From a virus (taxonomy: Duplodnaviria > Caudoviricetes), in the IMG/VR virus record IMGVR_UViG_3300005827_000088, positions 1-61,875 of that record: 61,875 nucleotides of DNA; one strand, given 5' to 3'. The translations under genes and the position numbers were made by a program. Under the pieces are notes generated by a model that did not search any database, had not been told where the DNA came from, and was given only the letters and a program-made list of their open reading frames with translations. Of the stretch, positions 1-8,075 are shown piece after piece; the first letter of the stretch is position 1; each line of letters opens with the position of its first letter.

Positions 1-140
1 GCATGGCTGTGGGCGATGGGGCTGAAGACCTGGTGGCCGGCGAGCATGAGCTTGGCCGCTGCTGCGCAGGCCATGTCGTGACGTGCCACTCGGACGTCCG
101 GATCTCGGTGGGAGTAGGGTGAAGCAAGATAAATGCGCAT
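1..140 (-). CDS. DUF1937-like protein (nucleoside deoxyribosyltransferase-like fold), truncated by the window edge
   Basis: Manual translation from ATG at 140: MRIYLASPYSHRDPDVRVARHDMACAAAAKLMLAGHQVFSPIAHSH; the YLASPYS and VFSPIAHSH motifs fit this family. Confidence 0.7.
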   Translation of the reverse strand, partial: MRIYLASPYSHRDPDVRVARHDMACAAAAKLMLAGHQVFSPIAHSH

Positions 141-153
141 GATCGTTGCCCCT

Positions 154-378
154 TTACTTGTTTTTGTCGACCCACAGGAGCGACTCCTGCAGGTTCGACA
201 TGGTTCGTGAACACTTTCCGTGGTTGCCGTCCATGGCCAGCAGCTGCCGGGTGCAGTGGCGGTCATCGTTCGCCGGGCGCTCCTTCCTGTAGCAGGCGCA
301 GAACATGGCACAGACGCGCTTGAGGCGCGGATGGTTGAAGACTTCGGCGCAGTCCGGGTGTTCGTCGTTTGACGACAT
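154..378 (-). CDS. hypothetical protein
   Basis: 74 aa, AAGGAG RBS upstream of the ATG, collinear with neighbours. Confidence 0.6.
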   Translation of the reverse strand: MSSNDEHPDCAEVFNHPRLKRVCAMFCACYRKERPANDDRHCTRQLLAMDGNHGKCSRTMSNLQESLLWVDKNK

Positions 379-447
379 CGGTTGCTCCTTTCTTTGGGTT
401 GGGACGGAAAATCTACTCTGCCACAGAAATGGGACCTACGCAATATG

Positions 448-804
448 TCAAGAACTTGGCGGGGTCTCTTCGAGAGCCTCACGGAGTTCTGTTTCCGAGC
501 AGCACGAAATCCTGAAGAGGGAAGTGCCCGATGTGCTGTCGGTAACACGTTCGAGCAGACACGTGTCACTTATCTGTGTCACGGTGAACTCTCCTCCATT
601 GCGCGATGCCGCATCGAGGATGTCGACAACGCGAGCAAGGGTGAGCGTGGACTCGATGCGCTCGGGCTGACCAGGCGCCCGGAAGACGTCCAGCGAGATG
701 CCGTTGGCCTCGGCATGCAGTCGGTCGCGCCTGATGCGTCCTTCGCACGTTCTGCATATTCCATTGGCGAACTGGGGCCTGACTCGACAGACTGTGCACT
801 TCAC
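448..804 (-). CDS. hypothetical protein with N-terminal Cys pairs
   Basis: CxxC...CxxC at the N-terminus; GTGA start/stop overlap with the methyltransferase gene. Confidence 0.55.
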   Translation of the reverse strand: MKCTVCRVRPQFANGICRTCEGRIRRDRLHAEANGISLDVFRAPGQPERIESTLTLARVVDILDAASRNGGEFTVTQISDTCLLERVTDSTSGTSLFRISCCSETELREALEETPPSS

Positions 805-2033
805 GCGGATCTCCTTTCAAGTTCTTCCATGCAGACCTGCACCCAGGCTATGGCCTGCTCGGCGCAGAGGGCGTTTCCGTATCCGCGCAGTCGGGCGACG
901 CGGTTGTCTCGGGCGCGCTTGAGTGAGCGGCCATCAAGTCCTGCCAGCGCAGCCAGTCGCTGTAGTTCGGGCTGCAGTCGTCCCATGCTGACGGGCAGCC
1001 TTGCAACCAGCGGGAATGAGCCGGGTTCAGCAGGCCTGAACTTACCGTCCCGGCAGGGCAGCCAGGAGGTGTCGGCCCAGAATGCACGACCTGGTTGTTC
1101 AGCTGCTCGCCCTTGGCCTGGCCCCCGCGTTCCTTGTAGGACAGTAGGTTCGGGAAGCGGTAATCCCGTCTCGCCGGCGTGGCCCAGGCTGCCATCTGCG
1201 CCTGCTGTGTCAGCGAGGACCCGCTCATCTGGTCCGTGATCCCGGTCCCGCCCCGGTCCGCATCTGAGTGGCTGGTGGTTGTCCAGGGGCAGAGGAGCAT
1301 GCGCGCATCCGTCGCGAGGTTCGTCTGTAGCACTCTCCCCGTCTTTTTGTTGTGCCACTTCTGTCCCACGCGCTCCAGGTCCTCGCTGATCTCCCCCGCA
1401 CTGCCCTCCGCACTCGGCGTTGGCCAGCCCACCAGATGCACTGCCACATCCGCCAACCCGATCTGTGGATCTGACGGCTTGCGGTTGCCCATGATGGGAG
1501 GATTCGGCTTCGCGTCGATGATCTGTGCGCTTGGAGTGGGCCAGCCAGTACAGTCGCTGGCGGATGTGGTGCGCGCCGACGCTCGCAGCGCAGGAATCAA
1601 GCGCCCCGAAGGCGTAGTGCGCTCCCTCCAGGTCATCTTGAACAAGATCGAGCCAAGTGAGTCCGTCTTTGCTCGCCACCTGTTCGCCAACGATTGTCCG
1701 AGGGTTGAGCGCGCGGATGAGGTGGTAGGCCGCGGGCCACAGGTGCCGCTCATCGTCAAACCCATTTCCTTTGCCTGCCTGTGAGAAAGGCTGGCAAGGG
1801 CAGGAGATGCTCCAGACGGGTCTGTCGTCAGGCCAGCCGGCCTGGCGCAGGGCGTAGGACCAGATTCCGATCCCGGCGAAGAGGTGCACCTGGGTGAATC
1901 CAGAAAGTTCAGAAGGGACAAGGTCTTCGATGCTTCTTTCATCCACGACTCCTGGAGCGATCAGCCCGGCGGCGATGAGGTTCCGGATCCACGCGGCCGC
2001 CTGTGGATCGTGTTCGTTGTAGAAGGCCGTCAC
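801..2033 (-). CDS. DNA cytosine-C5 methyltransferase, alpha (catalytic) chain
   Basis: Motif I (HLFAGIG), IV (SCPCQPFS), VI (GEQV), VIII (HIRQRLYW) and X (RLRGYGNA). GTG start at 2033 overlaps the upstream stop. The middle of this frame reads like out-of-frame sequence and has no motif IX. Confidence 0.88.
   Translation of the reverse strand: MTAFYNEHDPQAAAWIRNLIAAGLIAPGVVDERSIEDLVPSELSGFTQVHLFAGIGIWSYALRQAGWPDDRPVWSISCPCQPFSQAGKGNGFDDERHLWPAAYHLIRALNPRTIVGEQVASKDGLTWLDLVQDDLEGAHYAFGALDSCAASVGAHHIRQRLYWLAHSKRTDHRREAESSHHGQPQAVRSTDRVGGCGSASGGLANAECGGQCGGDQRGPGARGTEVAQQKDGESATDEPRDGCAHAPLPLDNHQPLRCGPGRDRDHGPDERVLADTAGADGSLGHAGETGLPLPEPTVLQGTRGPGQGRAAEQPGRAFWADTSWLPCRDGKFRPAEPGSFPLVARLPVSMGRLQPELQRLAALAGLDGRSLKRARDNRVARLRGYGNALCAEQAIAWVQVCMEELERRSA
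848..1942 (-). CDS. nested alternate-frame chain of the C5 methyltransferase (beta-like: repeated WPTP modules plus motif IX)
   Basis: AGGAG RBS at 1949-1953 before ATG 1942; four W(P/T/A)T(P/T) modules; C-terminal LNPAHSRWLQGCP resembles motif IX. Confidence 0.72.
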   Translation of the reverse strand: MKEASKTLSLLNFLDSPRCTSSPGSESGPTPCARPAGLTTDPSGASPALASLSHRQAKEMGLTMSGTCGPRPTTSSARSTLGQSLANRWRAKTDSLGSILFKMTWRERTTPSGRLIPALRASARTTSASDCTGWPTPSAQIIDAKPNPPIMGNRKPSDPQIGLADVAVHLVGWPTPSAEGSAGEISEDLERVGQKWHNKKTGRVLQTNLATDARMLLCPWTTTSHSDADRGGTGITDQMSGSSLTQQAQMAAWATPARRDYRFPNLLSYKERGGQAKGEQLNNQVVHSGPTPPGCPAGTVSSGLLNPAHSRWLQGCPSAWDDCSPNYSDWLRWQDLMAAHSSAPETTASPDCADTETPSAPSRP

Positions 2034-2605
2034 TCGACCTTCCTCCACTTGTCATCAGGGTCGACGGTCCACAGCCAGCGGTAGACCTGGGCCATGAGTT
2101 CTCCGCTGAAGTAGCAGTGCAGTTCTTCGTCGCTGTAGCCCTCGAACCTCTCCAGGGAATGCGCGATCGAGCCATCGAAGGCGAACACGTTTTGGGGGAG
2201 TGCGCCGTAGGCTCTGGTGAGGCTCAGGGCGGCGTGCGCGCACTCGTGGGAGACGATCTCCATATCCCAGACTCCGCCGGAAGCGAAGTGGAGTTCACCC
2301 AGGCGGGGATAGTTGAATACGGTTGGCTTGATGAACAGGTTCAGCACCCACTCTGGCAACACTCTCTTTAACCAAGCCCACGCGGGCATCCACGCCGGAC
2401 GCTTGAACCGCAGGATATATGGCATGCGGATGCAGCAGCCGTTGGACGGACTATCCTTGCACGGATCATCTTCCACGTAGGCATTGGCCTGGAGGTCTTC
2501 CCTGGTCTCCCACAGGTAGCAGTCGAAGAAGTGGCGCCCGCCGTAGGGCGTGATCCGCATCTTGGAGATGAGGTTCGTCAGGTCTTTTTTGTTGTTGCAG
2601 GCCAC
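2030..2605 (-). CDS. hypothetical protein with HExxH zincin-like motif
   Basis: IVSHECAHAA followed by a downstream DEELHCY; operonic arrangement. Confidence 0.55.
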   Translation of the reverse strand: MACNNKKDLTNLISKMRITPYGGRHFFDCYLWETREDLQANAYVEDDPCKDSPSNGCCIRMPYILRFKRPAWMPAWAWLKRVLPEWVLNLFIKPTVFNYPRLGELHFASGGVWDMEIVSHECAHAALSLTRAYGALPQNVFAFDGSIAHSLERFEGYSDEELHCYFSGELMAQVYRWLWTVDPDDKWRKVE

Positions 2606-2607
2606 GG

Positions 2608-2925
2608 CTAGTCTTCCTTGCCCGGCCAGTTCTTGTTCGGGGCGTGCTTCATGAGCCAGGTGCGCATGCGCTCGTTTCGGCGCCAGAGTTCCAGGGTCTT
2701 GTCTGTCGTCTGGTCAAGCTGGACGCGCTGATCGTGCAGCTGGGAGCGGAAGTCGAGCATGAAGACCCCGAAGGTTGCCGTGGCGGCCAGGAGCGCGACG
2801 CACAGCCAGCACATACCGACCCACTGGCGGTGGAGTTTCAGGTGCTCTTCCTCGGTGACGCACCGCGAGTGCGGCTCCCCACGAGTGGATTCCCAGAGCG
2901 CGTTGACTTTGTCTTCGTGTTTCAT
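2608..2925 (-). CDS. membrane-anchored hypothetical protein
   Basis: Hydrophobic segment WLCVALLAATATFGVFML followed by a coiled coil. Confidence 0.6.
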   Translation of the reverse strand: MKHEDKVNALWESTRGEPHSRCVTEEEHLKLHRQWVGMCWLCVALLAATATFGVFMLDFRSQLHDQRVQLDQTTDKTLELWRRNERMRTWLMKHAPNKNWPGKED

Positions 2926-2931
2926 GATCCC

Positions 2932-4002
2932 TCACTCCCCCGTGGCCTTGAGCGCGGCGTCTCGTTCGGCCTTGATGCACAGAAGGCAGACGATGTGCTT
3001 GCCGCCGTCCTCGGTGTAGGCCCACATGCTGGAGTGGCCGCAGGGAGAGTCGCAGAAGTCCTTGGCACATTCCAGGTCAAATTGCAGTTCCTTGATGCGT
3101 GCGTCCTTGGCGGCGAGTTCGGCGCGTAGTTCCTGCCATACGCGTTCAAGCACTGGCCCAATCGCATGGACGTATTCCTTGTGCGCTTTAATCAGCCTCT
3201 CCACCTCCCCCTGCGCCTGGGTGAGTTCGGAGCGAAGCTCGGCAATCTGCGCTTGGTAGTCAAGGCACTGTGTGATGGAGTCGGCACCGTTTTTGATGTG
3301 CTCGCACAGGTCCTGGCGGCACTCGCGCTCCTGCGCCTGGGTGAGCGCGGCGAGGAGGGCGTCGAATGCCCCAGAGTCTTTCGGCCATGGCGGCTCAAAG
3401 TTGCCCTTGTCTACGCAACAAGCGCATGTCCCTTCACTGGTACTTTTGTTGTGCCAGCAAGAACAACGCTCCTTGGCCCACTCTACGGCAGAAGCCAATT
3501 CGCGTTTCTGCCTCTCCACATCCCCCTGCGCCTGGGTTAGCGCGGCGAGGATGGCGCGGTAGGAGCGCATGACCTTGCGGATATCTGACTTGCGGAGGTG
3601 AACCATTTTCTCGCGTGAATCGCGGCGCATCTGTACGTCAAAGTCTGCAAATGCCTCCCGCACCTCGTCCGTGGGCGCTGGCGTTTCAGAGTAGCCAGCC
3701 TTGATTATGGCTCTGGCCTTCTTGAGCAACCACTCAGGGATAAGGGTGCCCAACGTGATGCTACAGCAGGCGGGCCACTCTTCGCTGCTTCGCCTGTGAA
3801 GCTCCATGACGTCGTGTGAAGTGAGTATGATGTGTTCCAGCACTCGCGCAGCCTCATACAGATTCGGTATGGGCAATGAGTCCGTGGGCGCTGGCGGGGT
3901 GGGCTTGTCGGCACCGCAGGTGCAGGGGCGGCCACCATAGCGGTCAAAGGTATCGAAGTCGCAGTCCGGCTTGTTCCGGGGCGGGGTGTTGGGATCAGTC
4001 AT
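2932..4002 (-). CDS. mosaic accessory protein (coiled-coil and Cys modules, Ead/Ea22-like style)
   Basis: 356 aa with repeated linkers PAPTD (x2) and LTQAQ (x3) separating unrelated segments. Confidence 0.6.
   Translation of the reverse strand: MTDPNTPPRNKPDCDFDTFDRYGGRPCTCGADKPTPPAPTDSLPIPNLYEAARVLEHIILTSHDVMELHRRSSEEWPACCSITLGTLIPEWLLKKARAIIKAGYSETPAPTDEVREAFADFDVQMRRDSREKMVHLRKSDIRKVMRSYRAILAALTQAQGDVERQKRELASAVEWAKERCSCWHNKSTSEGTCACCVDKGNFEPPWPKDSGAFDALLAALTQAQERECRQDLCEHIKNGADSITQCLDYQAQIAELRSELTQAQGEVERLIKAHKEYVHAIGPVLERVWQELRAELAAKDARIKELQFDLECAKDFCDSPCGHSSMWAYTEDGGKHIVCLLCIKAERDAALKATGE
3195..3896. repeat. intragenic direct repeats at module junctions
   Basis: cctgcgcctgggt(g/t)ag core in 3195-3225, 3330-3356 and 3510-3551; gtccgtgggcgctggcg at 3667-3683 and 3880-3896. 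Confidence 0.85.
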
Positions 4003-4192
4003 GGGTTTGCTCCTTCACTCGGCGTAACGCGCCATTGTTGTCTGCGATGTATCTCCGTGTGCCGTTCCGCATTTTGTACTCTTTTCCTGGCTCGTACCTG
4101 AGCGGGGTAATCCACGGCTGGTCTGTGTTTTGCGCTATCTCTGGAAAGTTCACGGGTGGGAACGAACACACGACAACAGTTCCATCATCCAC
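3995..4192 (-). CDS. hypothetical protein
   Basis: 65 aa, AGGAGG RBS before the GTG. Confidence 0.5.
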   Translation of the reverse strand: MDDGTVVVCSFPPVNFPEIAQNTDQPWITPLRYEPGKEYKMRNGTRRYIADNNGALRRVKEQTHD

Positions 4193-4202
4193 GGTTCACC
4201 TC

Positions 4203-4724
4203 CTACTCAAACGCCGACGAGAACGCGGCGCGGGCACATTCTGGATGGTACATACGCTTGGCCTCCATGTACGCGCTGTGGGCTTCTTCTTTTGTGTCAA
4301 AAGAGCCAAGAGTGAGTTCTCTGCCCCCGATCTTGATTTGCGCTCTCCACTTCCTGTCGGTTTTGCTCCACGATGCGCCGCGAAGGCCGCTTTTGCTGTT
4401 CACGTTTGGGGCAACCACATTCCTTTGGTTCCCCCTGTTGGACATATCGCGCAAGTTAGATATCCGGTTATCATCGCGGACACCGTTCACATGGTCAACA
4501 AACTGCGCAGGGAAGCTTCCATGCACATACATCCACGCCAGCCTGTGAGCCTTGTAGCTCTTTTTCTTTATGGTGATGATTGTGTATCCTTCGTCGTTAG
4601 GACACCCCGCGACCTTTCCGGCCATACTGATTGCCCCGTAGTTGCGCTTCCAGGTGAACACCCCGGTGTCTGGACAATAGTCCAGTATGGACACCAGGTC
4701 GTTGTGGGTAAGTGTGTAGTCCAT
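4203..4724 (-). CDS. HNH homing endonuclease with C-terminal AP2 domain
   Basis: AHRLAW..VDHVNGVRDDNRISNLR (HNH); SGLRGASW..KWRAQI..LGSFDTKEEAHSAY (AP2). Confidence 0.92.
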   Translation of the reverse strand: MDYTLTHNDLVSILDYCPDTGVFTWKRNYGAISMAGKVAGCPNDEGYTIITIKKKSYKAHRLAWMYVHGSFPAQFVDHVNGVRDDNRISNLRDMSNRGNQRNVVAPNVNSKSGLRGASWSKTDRKWRAQIKIGGRELTLGSFDTKEEAHSAYMEAKRMYHPECARAAFSSAFE

Positions 4725-5327
4725 TTACTTCTCCAGCCCCGGCTGCTGTGCGCGGGACATTGCCTCAATGCGCTCTGACATCGCCCCCACGAGCTTTCTC
4801 ATCCACGAAGCATACTCTGCGGAGGTCCATAGGTCGGAGTCACCCTGGCCGCACGACCACCCGAAGTCTGTCAGGAGCGCCTTTGCTTTCTTCACATCGT
4901 CAGCCGAATGCGTGTCTGTATTCGGCTGCTGTGCGCGGGCGTGGCGCAGGAGGGTGCGGTTCTTCCAGAGGTTTTGCGCTTTGGCCTTTAGCGCCTCAAC
5001 CCCATTTAGGGAATAGTTGGACTGGTAGGCGGACACGGCAGGCCCATAAGCCCCACATTCATCACACTTAACGCGATAATAGCGGTCCCTCTCATATTTG
5101 ATCTCAACACCAACCAAGCGCGCCCTGTGTGACCCGCAGAACGGGCAACCGTTTTCCGCCTCTGCCAGCTCCGGCGCGAGGGGGGCGGGGGTGAGCATGG
5201 AGACCATGCGCTGGAACATTTCATGCCGCAATATTACCGTGGGTTCCGGTCCGTCTTTCGGAAAGACCTTCGCGGCTTCATTGCGCAGCTCTGCCAACTC
5301 TTCGGTGGTCAGGGTTTTCTTGCTCAT
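4725..5327 (-). CDS. Lar-like (restriction alleviation) Zn-ribbon-containing protein
   Basis: Start MSKKTL at 5327 (ATGA overlap with the upstream gene); CPFCG...VKCDECGAYGP...A...W pattern. Confidence 0.6.
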   Translation of the reverse strand: MSKKTLTTEELAELRNEAAKVFPKDGPEPTVILRHEMFQRMVSMLTPAPLAPELAEAENGCPFCGSHRARLVGVEIKYERDRYYRVKCDECGAYGPAVSAYQSNYSLNGVEALKAKAQNLWKNRTLLRHARAQQPNTDTHSADDVKKAKALLTDFGWSCGQGDSDLWTSAEYASWMRKLVGAMSERIEAMSRAQQPGLEK

Positions 5328-5773
5328 TTCTTTTCCCTCTTCTTCATGCGGTAGTATTTCCCGGTCGGACTCCGGTGTCCGTCGTCCTTCTCGGGCAGCA
5401 GGTTCCTTTTCTTCAGGAGATCCCTCTCGAACCTGTTGACCGACCTGGCCGGCGTCTTTTTGTGTCCGGTGTTCGTCAGACCGACCAGGCTGGTCTGGTC
5501 GTAGCCTAGCGGGGCCACGATCTCCATGGTCATCATGGGCGTGCCGGCGTATCCGCAGAATCCGCAATCGACGGCGTGGGCACCATCTGTCTGGATGAGC
5601 GTCCACTGGTAGTTTGTCCTTGTGGTGCCCCTCTTTTCATCGACGCTGCGCACGAAGCTGGCGTAGAGCGTCGTGGGGCGCCAGCCCATGCAGCCGTCGG
5701 CCACGCACTTCAGGCGCTTGGGTCCGCTCTGGCCGCAGAGCATGGTGCGCGCGTGCTCACAGGTGACGTACAT
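5324..5773 (-). CDS. hypothetical protein
   Basis: 149 aa, Cys motifs (KCVADGCMGW, CGFCG); operonic overlap. Confidence 0.55.
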   Translation of the reverse strand: MYVTCEHARTMLCGQSGPKRLKCVADGCMGWRPTTLYASFVRSVDEKRGTTRTNYQWTLIQTDGAHAVDCGFCGYAGTPMMTMEIVAPLGYDQTSLVGLTNTGHKKTPARSVNRFERDLLKKRNLLPEKDDGHRSPTGKYYRMKKREKK

Positions 5774-5990
5774 GGATCAGCCCGCAGCTTCCAGTGTGGA
5801 GCACTTTCCCGTGCACTGACCCGGTTTCGTCTGGTCCGACATCCCATGCCCACAGAGCGCAGAGGGAAGCCTTGCAGTTTCCTGGAGGGGTCTGCCCAGG
5901 ATCCACCTGAAGCCCGACAGAAGCTACGAGAAACCACGCCCCCAACTGCAGAATCGGGCAGCCCTTTCTGTTGGCTTCTTGTTCGGTCAT
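5757..5990 (-). CDS. hypothetical protein
   Basis: Start MTEQEANRKGCP at 5990 after AAGGAG; CKASLCALWAW motif resembles the downstream gene. Confidence 0.5.
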   Translation of the reverse strand: MTEQEANRKGCPILQLGAWFLVASVGLQVDPGQTPPGNCKASLCALWAWDVGPDETGSVHGKVLHTGSCGLIHVRHL

Positions 5991-5994
5991 GGGT

Positions 5995-6198
5995 CTACTC
6001 CTTTGCCAGCAGCGGACACTCATCCGCGTCCGGCCGTTCTTCGCACAACTCCCCGGTGATGGAGCACGTGTAGCACTCCTCGTCACCAGGGAACACCGCG
6101 CCCTGGGCATAGCCAGGGATGTTCGCACCGTAGGTTTTCTGAGCGGGATTGTGTTTGCGCTTCGGGCAGTCTGCCCAGTCGTCAGCTGAAAATGCCAT
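5995..6198 (-). CDS. small Cys-rich hypothetical protein
   Basis: MAFSADDWADCPK... after a GGGGG RBS; first gene behind the leftward promoter. Confidence 0.5.
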   Translation of the reverse strand: MAFSADDWADCPKRKHNPAQKTYGANIPGYAQGAVFPGDEECYTCSITGELCEERPDADECPLLAKE

Positions 6199-6229
6199 GG
6201 TTGCCCCCATGCGTTTGTAGGATGGCCGC

Positions 6230-6315
6230 AGAATGGCACAGCACAAAAAAAATGTCAACACCCTCAATAAAGATATTTGCAGGGCATTGACATTTTATCC
6301 GGTCGCTGGCATAGT
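6230..6315. promoter_or_regulatory. divergent sigma70-like promoter pair
   Basis: Plus strand: TTGACA(6287-6292)-17 nt-CATAGT(6310-6315). Minus strand: TTGACA(6258-6253)-17 nt-CATTCT(6235-6230). Lies exactly at the strand switch. Confidence 0.75.
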
Positions 6316-6322
6316 AGCACCC

Positions 6323-8065
6323 ATGACAGTACGAGCAACTAAACATAACGGCTACTTGTGTGTGCAGTGCGAGCGTCCGGCGGAGACTGATCTTGTCCGG
6401 GGCGTCTGGCCGATGCGTTTCAGCAAGAAGTGGAACTGCTATGTCATGGGCTGGGGTCCGGTCGGGATGCAGAATCTCTACGACGAGCTCCTGGAAAATC
6501 CGGAGATCAGCTTCGCCTTCAGCGAGGAGTGCAAGGCCATGCTGCGGGCCTTCAAGGGCACGCTCTCCGCGCGCGACATGGTCGTCGCGGATGACGTCAT
6601 GCTGCCTGGCATCAAGACCAAGCCCTGGGCGCACCAGTACCGAGCCGTCCAGATGGCGAAGGGGCTTGACGGGTTCCAGCTGCAGATGGACATGGGCACG
6701 GGCAAGACCCTCGTCGCCCTGGCGCTCCTCGCGCACTGGTCCGCCGGCTGCACCGCCAAGAGAATCATGATCGTCTGCCCCAAGTCCGTCGTGGATGTCT
6801 GGCCGGCGGAGTTCGACAAGCACATGACCACGGCGGAGCGTTCGCGCTACCTCGTCACCCCGCTCAACCAGCGCACCGTGGCGGCCAAGGTGGTCGCAGC
6901 TGACCGGGCCGAAGAACTCGCCTTTCAGAAGGGCATGCTCGCGGTGCACGTCATCAACTATGATGCGATATGGCGCCCGGAGATGGCCCAGTGGCTCAAG
7001 TCCAAAGAGGTCCTGGTCTCTGTCATGGACGAGAGTCACCGCATCAAGAGCCACAACGGCCGGGCCGCGCGCTTCATGGGTGACATGCTGGGCAGGACCA
7101 GCCGCCGCCTCGGGCTGACGGGCACGCCCATGCCGCACAGTCCGCTGGACATTTTTGCGCAGTACCGGGCGTTCAGCCAGGACGTGTTCGGAACGATCTA
7201 CGGGGACTTCAAGGTGCGCTACGCCGTGATGGGCGGCTTCGAGATGAAGCAGGTCATCGGGTTCAAGAACGAGCGCGACATGAACCAGCGCGTGGAGTCC
7301 ATCAGTTACCGGGTGAAGAAGGGAGACGTGCTGACGCTTCCGCCGGTGATGCACGAGATCAGGCATGTGGAACTCTGCGCGAGCGCGAAGGCCATCTACA
7401 AGACCATGAAACGCGACCTCTACGCCATGGTCGGAGACGGCGAGGTCACGGCCGCGAACGCCCTGGTGAAGGTGCTCAGGCTGCTGCAGATCACCTCCGG
7501 CGTGGTGGAGTTGGACGACGGGACCAAGGAAGTCATCGACGACAGCAAGATCAAGGGCTTCAGCGACCTGGTGCTGGACCTTCCGCCGGCGGAGCCGCTG
7601 GTCGTGTTCAGCAGGTTCACGCGCGACATCGACATGATCCGCGTGGCCCTGGCCGAGCAGGGCCGCACGTGCGCCGTGCTTGACGGCCGCATGAACCAGC
7701 TGCGCGAGTGGCAGGCAGGAGAGTTCAACGACATCGCCGTGCAGATCAGGGCAGGCGGCGCGGGCGTGGACCTGACGAGGTCGTGCTACGGAGCCTACTA
7801 TACCCAGACCCACAGCCTGGGAGACTACGACCAGAGCCTCGCGCGCCTGGACCGCCCGGGCCAGACGCGGCCGGTGACGTACTACCATCTGGTGAGCAAG
7901 GGAACCATCGACGAGCAGATCTACGCGGCCCTGCAGCAGAAGCGCGACGTCGTGGAGTTTATCCTGGAGGGCATCAAGAAGGTTCAGACCATCCAGCGCG
8001 GCAACGACAACGCGGCCCTGCAGAGCATGGCGATCAACGACGCTCTAAAGATTTTCATGGCGTAG
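6323..8065 (+). CDS. SNF2-family (SF2) helicase
   Basis: MDMGTGKT, MDESHRIK, LTGTP, AGGAGVDL, QSLARLDRPGQ. Start placed at ATG 6323 because the upstream part of the ORF spans the promoters. Confidence 0.92.
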   Translation: MTVRATKHNGYLCVQCERPAETDLVRGVWPMRFSKKWNCYVMGWGPVGMQNLYDELLENPEISFAFSEECKAMLRAFKGTLSARDMVVADDVMLPGIKTKPWAHQYRAVQMAKGLDGFQLQMDMGTGKTLVALALLAHWSAGCTAKRIMIVCPKSVVDVWPAEFDKHMTTAERSRYLVTPLNQRTVAAKVVAADRAEELAFQKGMLAVHVINYDAIWRPEMAQWLKSKEVLVSVMDESHRIKSHNGRAARFMGDMLGRTSRRLGLTGTPMPHSPLDIFAQYRAFSQDVFGTIYGDFKVRYAVMGGFEMKQVIGFKNERDMNQRVESISYRVKKGDVLTLPPVMHEIRHVELCASAKAIYKTMKRDLYAMVGDGEVTAANALVKVLRLLQITSGVVELDDGTKEVIDDSKIKGFSDLVLDLPPAEPLVVFSRFTRDIDMIRVALAEQGRTCAVLDGRMNQLREWQAGEFNDIAVQIRAGGAGVDLTRSCYGAYYTQTHSLGDYDQSLARLDRPGQTRPVTYYHLVSKGTIDEQIYAALQQKRDVVEFILEGIKKVQTIQRGNDNAALQSMAINDALKIFMA

Positions 8066-8075
8066 GGGCAAGCAC

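Noticed and set aside
3195-3551. Three spaced repeats resembling a mini CRISPR array
   Set aside because: The repeats are in frame within a CDS, spacers are long and unequal, the repeats are not palindromic, and there are no cas genes.
6233-6322. N-terminal extension of the SNF2 ORF given in the ORF track
   Set aside because: It runs through both promoters in AT-rich sequence; ATG 6323 fits better.
6182-7888. 568-aa minus-strand ORF, and similar antisense ORFs over the capsid, portal and nozzle genes
   Set aside because: They mirror well-supported genes on the other strand and have His/Val/Leu-rich shadow composition.
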